From positions 55,056,001 through 55,120,000 of the forward strand of contig OX597832.1 of NCBI GenBank assembly GCA_951406725.2: a stretch of DNA of 64,000 nt. Direction: 5' to 3'. The translations under genes were made by a program, and so were the position numbers. This stretch comes from Octopus vulgaris. Taxonomy: Eukaryota. Below are positions 49,047-62,602 of this stretch, piece by piece (the first letter of the stretch is position 1; each line of letters opens with the position of its first letter). Under the pieces are notes generated by a model that was not told where the DNA came from, searched no databases, and saw nothing but the letters and a program-made list of their open reading frames with translations.

Positions 49047-50192
49047 TAGAGAAAGAGAGAGATGGGGTAGATAGATAGATATGTATGTATATGTGTGTAT
49101 ATAATACACACACACATACATATACATGTTTACATTCGTATATAACCGGCTGCAAGGCTGTGTTTGTAATTATTAAATTCATTCTCCGAATTTGTGTCTT
49201 CTACAAACGATGTATATATATAAATATAGACACACACATTTCAATAAATTGAAAATCAACAGCAGCCGATACGTACGAACTCCTAACAAACGAATAACAA
49301 AGAGATAAAACAATTCAGAAATATCAAATATAAATAATAAAATGATATTTCGCTGGAATGATGGAGCGACTCCGAGAGGAAGTAGACACAAGAAAAAAAT
49401 ATGCCCTATCTTTGACAAATCTAATCTGTTTTGATTGTATATTTAGATAGTCTTCTTAATGTTGTCGTCGCCGACATCGCCTCTCCTTCAACCTGACCTG
49501 GATTTTCACCACACACTTCCGCACATAACACAACACATGCTCTCGGTTTCGTCCCTCTCTTTCATGGCTGCCAATAATAATAATAATAATAATAATAGTA
49601 ATAATAATAATAATGATAACAATAATAATGGTGGTCATTTCTTTTTTTTATACGTTACGGTGGGGGCCCCCTATCACAACGACCGTCTACGGTTTGTGTG
49701 CTGTGCGTGTATTTGGGGTGTTATATAGAAGATGATGAGAAAAGAAAAGGGGAAAAAGGCGGTGAAAAACGATAAAAAGTATACGTTGTATATAAGCCAA
49801 AGTATGTGAACGCATGAATGATGGAGTCCTTCCATAATAATACGAATAACCGTGATGATGATAATGGCGATGGTGTTCGCTCACGTTCGGGTATCTAACA
49901 TTTCGCTTGCAATTTCTGTCTTACGCGAATATAGCGTGTGTGTGTGTGTGTGTGTGTGTGTGACGCTAGTAGGGTATCTTGCATTCTAAAACTGCGAGAA
50001 TTGAAAAAATTATGTCAAAGAATTGAATGTGCGCGTGTAATCTATCTATTTATTTATCTAGCTATCTATCCATCTAGATAGATAGATAGATAGATAGATA
50101 GATATAAAGTAAACGACACTCTTTATTTTTGACATTTAAATAAAAATAAGTCTTTTCTCTTTCCGAAATTGGGGCTTGCCAAATCGAGAATG

Positions 50193-50240
<48 letters not shown>

Positions 50241-50432
50241 TGTGTAGAGAGAGAGGAATACATCGTCCTGGGCGACGTTCTGTCAAGAGGTACGGTGTGA
50301 TGTTGAGGGTGATGTAGCTGCTACTTTCAGCAGATCGTGCAACCACGTGGTATCGTAAGAAACATCGTCCTCGTTGTTGTTTTGTCGTTCAGACCTGTTA
50401 GCTCTAAGAGAACAAAAGAGAGATATGATAAT

Positions 50433-51003
50433 ACTTCCAGCCGTGACCATCTCGTCTTTAATCCCTCACACACACACACACACGCGCGGGCGCGCACGCA
50501 CGCACACATACTATAACCAAATGTGTCACTTCTCCTGTCGGGTGGAAATTTGAGGGTGTGATTTGGCTGTTATTTCTAGCATGTCGAAATGACCGCGTAG
50601 CAGCCCTGTCGATGGCTTGTCGTGCAGATAGTTGCATTGATCGGGGAAATAATCTAGTAGATAAATAACAGTAAGCTTTGAGAGCAGTATGAATGGATGA
50701 GTGGTAGCGGCAGCAGCGGTAGTGGTAGTGGTAGTAGTAGTAGTAGTAGCGATGGTGGGAGCGGTGTAGTACGGGTGGTGGCGACGGCGTTACACTAGCT
50801 GTGCACGATTTATAAACATCGTTATAGACAAGCCTCTCGTTTGCTCCTTCTTAACTTGTCTCACGCTCACACTTCCCAGCCGTGACCATCTCGTCTTTAA
50901 TCAATCACTCACACACACACACACACATACTATAACCAATGTGTCACTTGTCCTGTCGGGTGGAAATTTGAGGGTGTGATTTGGCTGTTATTTCTAGCAT
51001 GTC
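50433..51003 (+). repeat. Local direct duplication of about 130-150 bp (50433-50585 and 50872-51003)
   Basis: ccagccgtgaccatctcgtctttaatc...gatttggctgttatttctagcatgtc present twice. Confidence 0.85.
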
Positions 51004-51227
51004 AGGGAGCCGGTTAAACACTTGCTCGATCTGTTCGAAATAGCAGGCAACTCGCATGTCGTCCGGATGTCGGCTGTTTTTAGCGTAGACCACTCTGGTT
51101 GCAAACGTAGGTTTTTAAAGGTTTGGGGGACGCATTTCTTCTACCTACCCATCTAGTCTCAAAAACCCCTATGAAGAATGGGGGGGGGGATAGTGTCCCC
51201 TTCCCTTCTGACCTAGCTATATGTGTT

Positions 51228-51572
51228 GGCGCAGGCGTGGCTGTGTGGTAGGGAGCTGGCTTCTCGACCACATGGTTCCGAGTTCCATTACACTGCGTGG
51301 ATCCTTGGGCAAGTGTCTTCTACTATATCCTCGGGCCGACCAAAGCCTCGAGAGTGGATATGGTACACGGAGACTGGAAGAAGCCCGTCGTGTAATATGT
51401 GTGTGTCACCAACTGGAGTTGGTGTGTTTGCGTACTCGTAACATTGCGGTTAGACATGAGAGACCGATACAACAAGTACCAGGTTTAAATAAAAAATAAA
51501 AAAAAAGAAGTCCTGTGGTCGATTCGTTCGACTAAAAATTCTTCAACGCGGTGCCTCAGCAATTAAAAGATA
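51228..51572 (+). mobile_element. Diverged SINE S1
   Basis: Head ggcgcaggcgtggctgtgtgg, with body and tail. Confidence 0.8.
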
Positions 51573-51714
51573 AACGGTATATATATCACACCCTATATCG
51601 GCTTAAGTAGAAGGATATATTAAACAATGTCGCCTTTTCTCCATACAGCTAAACAGTGGACTGGACTGCTTTTCGTTTATTGCTTCAGCATGTGTTGAAC
51701 TACAAACGGACGCT

Positions 51715-51755
<41 letters not shown>

Positions 51756-51909
51756 TGGTATATAGACATATAGATACATACATACATAGAATAATGTAGA
51801 CAATATCTATAAGACTACATATACACATAAAGGTAAATATAACTATATATATTCAAAAGTTAAACATATATGTACGAGCATAAATATTTTTATGCTGTAT
51901 ATAAATTCA

Positions 51910-51973
<64 letters not shown>

Positions 51974-52050
51974 CAGAATTTTATAGTATTAAGTCTCCAT
52001 CACGGCTGGTGTTACCAGTGGGTTTCGCGCAAAAACTACAATGGAGTGTT

Positions 52051-52094
<44 letters not shown>

Positions 52095-52552
52095 CAGATA
52101 AATTTACATAGAGCATAAAAAATACGGTATTTAGGAGGAATGCATAGTAGTTGAATCCATTTCAATCGAAGATTTATTAAAGATGGGGTAGTATTTAGGT
52201 ATACACACACATATATAAATATATATATATATATGTGTGTGATTTTATTAACATTCGGCAGAAGTTACAGAATGATTCAAAGGCCGATGGTTTCGTGACG
52301 TTGTGTGTGTATATGTATAAAATGATATGTATACACATATAGATACGACCACACTTACTACTAATTTCAGAGTGTGTGTGTGGTGTCTGTAATCCGAAGC
52401 AAATTCATGTCTACACATTGAATTTGTTCTCGCATATCTTATTCGTCCTTCGGTTTTTCTTTCTTTCTGTCTGTCTGTCACTCTCATTCAAATACTCTGT
52501 CGTATCGAAAATAGTTACCGTACGCGTGTGTATGCGTGAATTTACGTACACC

Positions 52553-52599
<47 letters not shown>

Positions 52600-52993
52600 A
52601 CATACATAAAATATATAACGAGGTAAAGGTTTTTATTTTTCATTTACCTCGAAATTTACTATAAAATTGTGGTTTTTGGCCGTGTTGGCTGCTATTTCTA
52701 GCATGTAAAATTACCTGTTAAAGGGTGTAATTTTCTATTTTGAAATACGAATATGTTGTCTATTGGCTTTTTATACATGCTAGGCCACTGGTGGTGATAT
52801 TTATAACGAGTATTCGCCACCCTATATATATATATATGTACAAATATATATATGTGTATATGTGGAATTGAAACGGGTTTAAGAATCCATACAAATCGAA
52901 AATTATAGTTAAAAAAGTAAATAAAGTCGGGAAAAGGTAACGAAAGTATATTTTAGAGTATGTTTAATAGTTTTGTTACAGTGAGTGATTTAA

Positions 52994-53033
52994 AATGTAA
53001 CTGGTTTCGATGTATCCATCTTTATCAAATATT
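52994..53033 (-). ncRNA. Minimal hammerhead motif with U3-A8 core pair
   Basis: aauau-UUGAUAA-A-gaug-gaua-cauc-GAAAC-ca-GUU-acauu. Confidence 0.55.
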
Positions 53034-53231
53034 AGAAAGGATTTTTTTAGGAAGTCAAAGGAGAAGACAAAAAATGGGGGTTAACAGTGTGTACCCATCG
53101 TAATTATAATCATGGATAATGTTAGCAATCAGTTTATAAGCATAAAACAAAATTTATTAGCAAAACCTGAACTATTTATTTTTAGTGAAAAATTACTTCG
53201 TCCCAGTCTGATCACAAAAGGCGTTTTCCAC

Positions 53232-53278
<47 letters not shown>

Positions 53279-53284
53279 TATATA

Positions 53285-53455
53285 TGCCCACAAGGGGCTA
53301 AACATAGAGGAGACAAACAACGACAGACAAAGTGATTAAGTCGATTACATCGACCCCAGTGCGTAACTGGTACTTTATTTATCGACCCCGAAAGGATGAA
53401 AGGCAAAGTCGACCTCGGCGGAATTTGAACTCACAACGTAACGACAGACGAAATG
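53285..53455 (-). mobile_element. SINE S2 3' unit
   Basis: Matches the 184-bp unit of the 20626 multimer. Confidence 0.85.
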
Positions 53456-53587
53456 AGTTCAAGTGTGTGTAGTAGGTGTGTAATATGCATTTATATACAC
53501 CCGTACATGGAATGTCGGCAGTTGTAAACGTTACACGAACGTCGTTCGTCTGTGCGCGTGTGTATATATATATATATATATATACGC

Positions 53588-53641
<54 letters not shown>

Positions 53642-53846
53642 ATGAGGTGAGGGTGCTCTTTGATCCCTGAGATCGTTATTTATGGTTCCCGCACGAATTC
53701 TGTGTTAGTCTCTGACCATTCTAGTATTGCTTGCGACCTGGCGGTCGACTGCTTTCATCAACACGGCGACCACTTCTATTATTAACACCACCGAAACAAC
53801 CTACTTCAACTCTATAATCTCTGTACCTACCTACCTACCTACCTAC

Positions 53847-53904
<58 letters not shown>

Positions 53905-53953
53905 CTCTTCTCTCTCTCTCTCTCTCTCTCTCGTGTATTATACACATTACACA

Positions 53954-54175
53954 CACGAGGGTGAGGTGAAATGTTCCTGGCTTAGGGTAAAAGAAAATAC
54001 AGGAGGATCATTTAATTATGATCTTATTCAAAATGTTGCCCCCCTCAGATTCACACACTTATTTCAGCAGTCCTTCAATTCTTCTAATCCCTGTAAAAGA
54101 ACTCGGGGTGTTGGGTCTCTAACCAGGCCTTTCATGGCACCCTTAAAGCCAGGAACATTTCAGCATCCCATCGTG
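53954..54175. mobile_element. Mariner-derived MITE
   Basis: TIRs cacgagggtgaggtgaaatgttcctggctt and aagccaggaacatttcagcatcccatcgtg; minus-strand remnant of a transposase C-terminus. Confidence 0.75.
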
Positions 54176-54176
54176 A

Positions 54177-54225
<49 letters not shown>

Positions 54226-54293
54226 GGTCCCGGGTTGAGTCGGGGTTAACCACAGTAAGTAAGGTACTCAATACATAGCAGAGTAAATTAATT

Positions 54294-54416
54294 TATTTTA
54301 TAGAAGGAGCTTCTACAGGACTAGAACTGTTTCATTCAAAAGAAATCATCAGGCTTCCTGATGATTTCTTTTGAATGAAACAGTTCTAGTCCTGTAGAAG
54401 CTCCTTCTATAAAATA
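54294..54416. repeat. Perfect 60-bp inverted repeat with 3-nt loop
   Basis: 54294-54353 is the exact reverse complement of 54357-54416. Confidence 0.95.
54353..54401 (+). ncRNA. Type-I hammerhead ribozyme with canonical core
   Basis: gcuuc-CUGAUGA-u-uuc-uuuu-gaa-u-GAAACag-uucuaguc-cuGUA-gaagc: 5-bp stem I, 3-bp stem II, 4-bp stem III; predicted cut after 54396. Confidence 0.75.
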
Positions 54417-54958
54417 TATATATATAGATAGATAGATAGATAGAAGTCCCGGGGTCGATTTGCTCGACTAAAGGCGGTGCTCCAGCATGGCCACAGTCAA
54501 ATGACTGAAACAAGTAAGAGAGTAAAAGAGAGATAGATAGATATGTGTGTGTGTATAGGTGTCTATATGCATGTATGTATAACGCCGCCGCCGCCGCACA
54601 TGTTATAATTAGATCTTTACGCCTGTTGGTCACACAACCGCTCACACATTCCTTTCAAACAAGGTCACTATACAACAACACACACACACACACACATACA
54701 CACACACATACTCACACGCACGCGTATGTTTGTATATATATATTTTAATCTTTGGCCGATTTCATTCATTGGCATGCGGCCATGCTGGCGTACGGCCTTG
54801 AAGGGAAAATTCAAATAACCATATCGAACTTCAGTTTATTTCGACTTCTGGTATTTTAAATTTATCGATCTTTAATATTCCTAGAATTAATAAATACACC
54901 AGAGCGACGCCGGTGTTTTGACTCGTGTAATATATACAATAAATATCAACACACACAC

Positions 54959-54995
<37 letters not shown>

Positions 54996-55008
54996 GTATG
55001 TATGTATG

Positions 55009-55055
<47 letters not shown>

Positions 55056-55062
55056 ATCCGCT

Positions 55063-55242
55063 GTGATAGATCGCTAGCCACTACACACATTTTTTCTCTC
55101 CTTGTTTCTTTCTGTGTTCCTTTCCGTGGAAGAGCGTAGACTCGAAACGTTAAAGACTTTTTCAGTTCCCGAGCGTTATACTAATACATCTGTTTGTTTT
55201 CTACACCACCTGTCTTCGTCTTTTATTTTTTTCGTGAATTCT

Positions 55243-55245
<3 letters not shown>
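55063..55245 (+). mobile_element. Hammerhead-bearing short element, family B (motif 55120-55155)
   Basis: cuuu-CCGUGGA-A-gagc-guag-acuc-GAAAC-GUU-aaag; (TA)n flanks. Confidence 0.72.
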
Positions 55246-55301
<56 letters not shown>

Positions 55302-55912
55302 CACACACATGTATACATATACACACACAAGCAGAGCGCGGGTTTCCACATAAGAAAGATGTACATATTGTTCAGCGCATGTATGTATTTATGTTTGTGT
55401 ATGTATGTGAATACATGCATACATACATACATACATACATACATACATACATACATACATACATACATACATACATACATACGTGTATGTATGCATTTAT
55501 TTATGTGTGTGTACGTGCATTCGGGTACACTGTCATCTTTTGATACAGCAAACATCTATCCACTGAACAGAGGGCACACACGCACACACACACACAAACA
55601 AGCTATTATAAAAGCTTGTTTTCGGACACTCGTGCGCCACACATACGTATAAATGTGTGTGTATATGTATGTGTCTTGCGGGAGAGAGAGAAAGATGAAA
55701 ATAGCTGTAAGCCAGCGGCTCACTCCGTCGCAACCATTTTTACTTGCTTAGTATATCGTGTATTCTACATCGGGAGCACCGACGGGGTCTTTAAACATAG
55801 ATGTCCAAATTGCTCTTGTACATCTACATCTCTTAGAATATACATCTATTTCTCTCAGTATACATCTGGGATTATAATATCGTAACTAGGGCATGAGAGT
55901 TACCATCTAAGC

Positions 55913-56461
55913 CAGCGCTCCCCAGCTTTTTTTCACCACGGACAGGTTTCATGCAAAACAATTTTTACACATTACGGAGATGTACTTGCATAGCAAGTGA
56001 TTTGATCTGAGATCGTGTGCTGAAACGAAAACAATTGCAGCGTGGAAGGTGTTTGTAAGCCATTTAAGAAACACATAAAAGCCGTTCGATTCACTTCAAC
56101 ATTTAAGTTTAATTTGTCAAAATATTTTGTCTGTGAACAGGTCGCGGTCTTATAGCGACGAAAATATTTTGACAAATTTAACTTAGATGTTGAAGTGAAT
56201 CGAACGGCTTTTGTGTGTTTCTTTAATGGCTTACAAACACCTTCCACGCTGCAATAATTTTTACACAGACCCGCAAAAATGAATGGCATATTGCAAATTT
56301 AATTCTTGCATTGTATATTATACGCTTCATTTCTACTATTATTATTGTATTGTAATATATATAAAACACAAAATTTAAATATGTATTCTTTCTTTGTGGT
56401 CCGGCACCAAATGATTCACAGCCCGGTGCTTGGTCTGCGACCCGATGGTTGGAGATCTCTG
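55913..56461. mobile_element. hAT (Charlie-like) MITE with 8-bp TSD, hosting a nested fold-back insertion
   Basis: Ends cagcgctccccagc and ggttggagatctctg; TSD atctaagc at 55905-55912 and 56462-56469. Confidence 0.85.
55972..56255. mobile_element. Fold-back retro-insertion (95-bp inverted arms) with 12-bp TSD
   Basis: Arms 56034-56128 and 56161-56255; TSD aatttttacaca at 55960-55971 and 56256-56267. Confidence 0.85.
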
Positions 56462-58236
56462 ATCTAAGCCACAGAATGGAACATTGGAAGTTTGTAGTTT
56501 AAAAACGCTGATGGTATTTTTTTAAAGAAAACTATTTCACAACCAACAACAGACAAGGACTGTCCGACGCTAATAAACTAATTAATATACCAGCTATTAA
56601 TTTTCGCTTGGTATTTCTCCCCTCTGCCCCATCTGCCTCTGCAGATCAGAGCTAAGCTCCGTTTTATTTATTCTTTGTACATCGTAAGTACAAGGAAAAG
56701 TGGAAACCGGTTAAACGTTTATTTCTGTTGATGCTGTGTTGTCTCGCTTTTATTTGCAACTTACTATACTTAGGCTTCCCGAAACACTTATTTGTATATA
56801 CATAAGTACCTACATACATGCATACATATACATTTATACATAGCTACACACACACACACATACGTTATATGGCGTTGATGTATATTGTTATGATACAGCA
56901 CCATACTTGTGGCATAGGACATATATATATATATATAGGGGAATTTTCCTTGTGTAGTTTGTCTTGTACTCTGTTTTTTTCGTTGTTAATAAAGGTCCGT
57001 TTCCATGTTTGTTTTTCCGTTTTCGTTTCTCGTTGAGTTCTACGTCTATTTGTGGTGTCCTGTACTCACGTATATATATTTATATATGCATGTATATATA
57101 CATGTAGATGTAGGTACGTACATATATGTATGTATGCATATATTTTATTTATTACACTATATATATATATATATATGTACACATGCTCGCACGTGCACAC
57201 ATACAGACAGACACACGCGCGCACTTGCATAAAGCTTGTGCTTATATGCAGATACACAGCAAGCTAGATGTACAAATAATTGTGATCGTGTGTGCTGAAA
57301 TTTCAAGTGCAAGTACATTTGCTCGTCTATGTGTTTGTGTATGTGTGTGTGTGTTACTCACAGGTAATGAAAGTGCCAGTATGAAGAGTAATTCGCATCC
57401 AGCTCGCCCTTTCCTCCACTGCTGGCGATATAATATATCTTCTAAAACCGTCAATTAAAACCAGATCGTTGTCGCCAATGCTACTTCATCTACTCCCATC
57501 CACTTCATCCACCGCCATCGACTCCAACTCTGTTCGTACCATTAGAAAAACCGATATATTCTCATCATCGTCATCATCACGATCATCATCTGTAAGTGAC
57601 TAGCAAATGTTGATGGAACACGAACCTTCCAAACACGCCTTTTTGAGGACTTCAGGAAGCCATTGCCATTGTTTGAAAGCCAGACGTAGGACACCTTTCT
57701 TATCGACCTTTCCTGTGTAACTATGCTTGTCGTGCAAGGAGGTACTATTTTCTGTGACACTCTGCGTTCATTCTGACTTTTTCTTTGAACTGGTTTAAAT
57801 TAAGTGACTGCTTTTGCTCCTCAGCTTTGTTGTTAGTGTTGTCGTTGCAATTCCCTCTTATTTTTCTGTTTTTCAAACTTTCATTAAAATTAAAGGATGC
57901 AACACTATTGTAAAAAGCTCCACTTTTCTATTTGATTTTCTTCTTATTTTTTTTATTTACGTTGAAAATAATTTTGGAGTGTGTCTATTTACATAACTAC
58001 TACCGCCGTTGTGGCTTGAATCACTTAGTCATGCCACTTCTGAGACGGCTATCTTGCAGCACGTGAAATTCTGCAATTGGCTATTTGTCAGAAATATATA
58101 AACAGTTTCAAATGTCTAAACACAAACCTTTTCCGTACCTCAGGTAGTGTATTAAGTTATATAAATAACTAAAAGCAAAGTATTTTTCGTAATGTAATCC
58201 AACTAAAAACTCGTTCACGAGAAATAATAATGATGC

Positions 58237-58268
<32 letters not shown>

Positions 58269-58364
58269 GTAAAAATAATAATAATAATAATAGTAAAAAT
58301 AATAATAGTAGTAATAATAATAGTAATAATAATAGTAGTAATAATAATAGTAATAATAATAATA

Positions 58365-58940
58365 ATATTCCTTTCTGCTAGAGGCGCAAAGCCTCGAATT
58401 GTGGGAAAGGGACTAGTCGATTATATCGACCCCAGTGTTTCGCTGGTACTTAATTTATCGACCCCGAAAGGATGAAAAGCAAAGTCGAACTCGGCGGAAT
58501 TTGAACTCAGAACGGGAAGACGGACAAAATGCCGCTAAGCATTTCACCCAGGGTGCTTTACGATCCTGCCAGCTCGTCACCTTTGTAATAATAATAATAA
58601 TGGTTTGAAATTTTGGCCCAAGCCCAGCAGTTTTGGTGGAGGGGTAAGTCGATTATGTCGACCTAATGCTCAGCTGCTACTTATTTTATCGACCCCGAGA
58701 GGATGAAGCATAAAGTCAACCTCAGTGGCATTTGAACACTTAACGTAAAAACGGACGAAATGTCGCTAAACAATTTGTGGCATTTCTCCCGAGTTTTCGT
58801 TCTGAGTTCAAATCCTGCCGAAGTCATCTTTGCCTTTCTTCCCTTCGGGATCAATAAGATAAAGCACTGATCAAATTATGGGGTCTGCGTAATCGAATTG
58901 CCTCTTAACCCAAAACAGCAACCCTCCTTGCCTGTATCAG
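58365..58940. mobile_element. Three S2 SINE copies (two on minus, one on plus)
   Basis: B-box regions at about 58495, 58725 and 58803. Confidence 0.8.
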
Positions 58941-59769
58941 AAACGGTCCTGTACCTTTCTCAGTCAAATTGATCCTAGATCTGTGGAGTTCCTTGATAAG
59001 CCCTAGTTGCTCGAGATTCCCCCTTTATCAAGGGGGCTGGATCATTCATGCGTTCACATGCTTTGCATACCATGTCCTAATACTTTTACTTCATTTCCCC
59101 CACCCCCCACCCCAGTTGAAAAAAAAATGTCCTTTTAACACACCCCTTTCATCTGATGCCCCTGTGGCAAATATGACAAATTGCTATTACTGTTATTATC
59201 CTCATTATTGCAAGGGCGGTGGACTTATTTACAAGAACCACTGGAGCGTGTCAGTTATCATATCTCCATAATGAATGCACGTATAGTGCGTATATATATA
59301 TATATATATATATATATAATCTCGAATCGTACCGCCTCGCATGTCAAAGCCTCTGTCTAATCTGATTTGAGTGTAATGTGGAATGAAATTACTTGAATTT
59401 TCTGGGAGTTTCCCAAATTATTACTCTGTTAATGTTTGTGTGCGTAAATATAAAAAAAAAATCTTTTAATTCCACAAAAGTGTTTTCACATGCCGTTAGT
59501 GCTGTGACGAGGAATGTCTACATTAAAAGAAGAAGAAGAGAAAAAAACAAAAACAAATTATGTGTCATGTGTACCAAGTATTTTTAGAGTGCGAGCGAAG
59601 CTTTTTTAGTTTTAAAAATATTCTTTGACGTTCAAGAAGAGAAGAATAACGTAACAACGGCATTTCCTGCGTTCGTCATTGCTGTTGACAGTGGTTACCA
59701 TTGCTGTATTCCTGTAAAATCATGTATTTTTTTCTTAGAGTTTTTCTAAGCCTTGCTGCCGTTTAATAT

Positions 59770-60230
59770 CTTTTATTTGCTTCAGTCATTTGACTGCGGC
59801 TATGCTGGAGCACCGCCTTGAAGTTTTTTTTCTTTTTTTTTCTTTTTTTTTTGCTAAGTTCTGATAATTATGTTATCCGTCCCCTTTGCCCAACGTGCCA
59901 CGCAGTGGGACCGAACCTGAAACCATGTGGTTAAGAAGCAAGCTTCTTACCACACAGCCACGTCTGCGCCTATACCATATGATTGCGGCTATGTGAATTT
60001 GGGTTCATTCTCAGTGCGCGGCACCTTGGGCATATGTCGTCACCTGGAACCATGTGGTTAAGAAGCAAGCTTCTTACCACACAGCCACGTCTGCGCCTAT
60101 ACCATATGATTGCGGCTATGTGAATTTGGGTTCATTCTCAGTGCGCGGCACGTTGGGCATATGTCGTTTGCTATAGCCCCTGACCGACCAATACCCTTTC
60201 AGTGAATTTGGCAGGAAGGATCTGTAGAAG
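59770..60230. mobile_element. Head-to-head S1 SINE fragments with a 127-bp tandem duplication
   Basis: aaccatgtggttaagaagcaagc at 59921 and 60048. Confidence 0.8.
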
Positions 60231-60424
60231 GGGTTCGTTTCGCCTAGTTCTGAAATACATTGTGGTTTTCTCACACAATACATCTATAAAAGGATTTTTT
60301 CCCGAGGCGTAAACTGTAGCTTCTGGGTTTTCAACGATACACATTCGTTAAATGTTACATAAAGATTTTATGCTACAACTGCTTCTATATGTGTGTGTAT
60401 GTGTGTGTGTGTGTGTGTGTGTGT

Positions 60425-60724
60425 AGGCGCAATGGCCCAATGGTTAGGGCAGCGGACTTGCGATCGTAGGATCGCGGTTTCGATTCCCAGACCGGACGTT
60501 GTGAGTGTTTATTGAGCGAAAACACCTAAATCTCCACGAGGCTCCAGCAGGGGGTGGTGGCGATCCCTGCTGTACTCTTTCGCCACAACTTTCTCTCACA
60601 CTTTCTTCTGTTGGACTGCTCGCTTAGCCAGCAGGGTGGCGTTATTTGAAGACTAAAACAATGCGAAGTGCATTGTGACCAGCGATGTGTAGCAACATCT
60701 GATAGCCTGGTCGGTCACGGTGAT
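60425..60724 (+). mobile_element. Full tRNA-derived SINE family S4
   Basis: A-box tggcccaatgg, B-box ggtttcgattccc, tail ...ctgatagcctggtcggtcacggtgata shared with 61840-62060 (minus). Confidence 0.8.
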
Positions 60725-60991
60725 ATATATATATATATATATTATATATAATCAAAATTGCAGAAACGACGTACTCCGAAAGAATTAAAAGGTAGCATGA
60801 TCCAAGGGTAAAGTAAGAAATCCATGAATCACGTACTCCGGATCAGTCGGAAGGACATGGACAGTCTGTGTGAGCGTGCAGTCACTGAGCGTCGAGTTAA
60901 TACATTACTTGTGCACGTTTTCATGTTGTCTGTTTTTATTCGTTTGTTAATTTGAATTGATGACACGCACACACACCATTTGTATATATAT

Positions 60992-61212
60992 TTCTTTACT
61001 GCCCACAAGGGGCTAAACATAGAGGGGGACAGACGATGGGATTGAGTCGATTATATCGCCCCCAGTGCGAAACTGGTACTTTATTTATCGACCCCGAGAG
61101 GATGAAAGGCAAAGACGACCTCGGCGGAATTTGAACTCAGAACGTAACGAGAGACGAAATATCGCTAAGCATTTCGCCCGGCGCGCTAACGTGTCTGCCA
61201 GCTCGCCGCCTT
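60992..61212 (-). mobile_element. Full monomeric SINE S2
   Basis: Head ggcggcgagctggcaga through to the aaagaaa tail. Confidence 0.88.
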
Positions 61213-61456
61213 TGTATATAGTCTTAGACTGGCGATTCAGTTCGTCCTCAGAACGATCCTTGTACGTGATGTTGATAAGCCACAAAAAAATGGCGAAACA
61301 TCGGTAGGCATCACTCCTGGATGGAATTTGGAGGCGAGTTTTCTCGTCTGTCAATGACTTTCAGTGCTATGAGGGAGTCGCCTCCAGGGAACTATTCCGC
61401 ACTGAAATGGCGAACAAGCAGAACACATTCATTGAGTATGTGCAGTTAATAATGTA

Positions 61457-61505
<49 letters not shown>

Positions 61506-61839
61506 CAAGAAGACGAAATAAACAGACTTTAGTCCAAATCACGACAATAGTTTCTGTGCGTTTCACATATACATATTATTATGTAAATATATTCTATCGA
61601 AAGCTGTGTGTTTCTGCACGTCATCAGGTGTATGGCTTTGAGAGCACTGCTTGGATGAAAGCCTGTTCATTCCATCTTCTTGTATTATAATTTTGAATTA
61701 TAAATTTGAATTCTGCGTGTATACTAACGGATTTTCGCATGTATATCAAATAAAAGAATTCCTACTGTATAATACGTTTATAGGAGGAAAGCACGCTGTA
61801 AGGTTATTTCCCCAGTTGATATTAAATAATCGCGTGATA

Positions 61840-62250
61840 AACGTGACCGACCAGGCTATCAGATGTTGTTACACATTGCTGGTCACAGTGCGTTTTTGCG
61901 TTGTTTTAGCCTTCAAATGACGCCTCTCCGCTGGCTAGGCGAACAGGCCAGCGTTCTCTCCTGATCAAAAGGGGAATGAAGCAACGTGAAATGAAGTGTC
62001 TTGCTCAAGAACACAACGCGCCGTCCAGTCAGGAAATCGAACCCACGATCGTGAGTGCAACAGCTGTCTTTCACTGCAGCTTGACAACCGGTGTTGGTTC
62101 GTTTACGTCCTCGTAATTCAGAGGTTGGACAAAAAGGTGCGGTAGAATTAGTACCTGACCTAAAATAACTACCAGGGTCGATTTGTTTGAATAAGCCCAT
62201 CAGTTCGGTGCTCCAGCACGGCCGTAGTCCAATGTATGAAACAATTAAAA
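61840..62250. mobile_element. S3/S4 hybrid SINE (minus) followed by a diverged S1 tail (plus)
   Basis: S4 tail joined to the S3 cttgagcaagacact domain. Confidence 0.7.
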
Positions 62251-62602
62251 GATAAGGGAGCAGGAGATTCACTAATGATGTTCGTGCGTGAGATGGTAAA
62301 TGATTTGTGTGTCAAGGATTCATCGTTAAACCAGCGTTCCTGTCGCGACCATCATGCCTTGTAGCGGACTATATTCATATTTAGTTTCTCCTTTTTATTT
62401 GATCATAAATAAAGTGTCTTGCTCAAGGACACAACGCGCCACCGAGAATCGAACTCACGACCTCACGACAGCGAGCCGAATACTCTTAAACACTAAGCCA
62501 GGCGTCTTCACACGACAGCGCTGTGGTCTACCGTCGAAACCGGAACGGGATAAACATCTACGACCACAATTTTACGAAGGGGAAATTTAATGTTCATAAT
62601 AA

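Noticed and set aside
49185-49196. miR-10 3' end match ccgaatttgtg
   Set aside because: Seed and hairpin are absent.
49459-49728. ORF with poly-Asn
   Set aside because: (AAT)n-driven; no homology or exon structure I can support.
53664-53686. miR-125/lin-4 seed tccctgaga
   Set aside because: The rest diverges and no hairpin forms.
57542-57760. 72-aa unique-looking ORF
   Set aside because: No motif recognised in any frame.
60425-60495. tRNA gene
   Set aside because: A tRNA-like SINE head continuing into SINE body; no complete acceptor stem or terminator.
61600-61632. Minus-strand CUGAUGA..GAAAC
   Set aside because: No NUH in register and no stem I.
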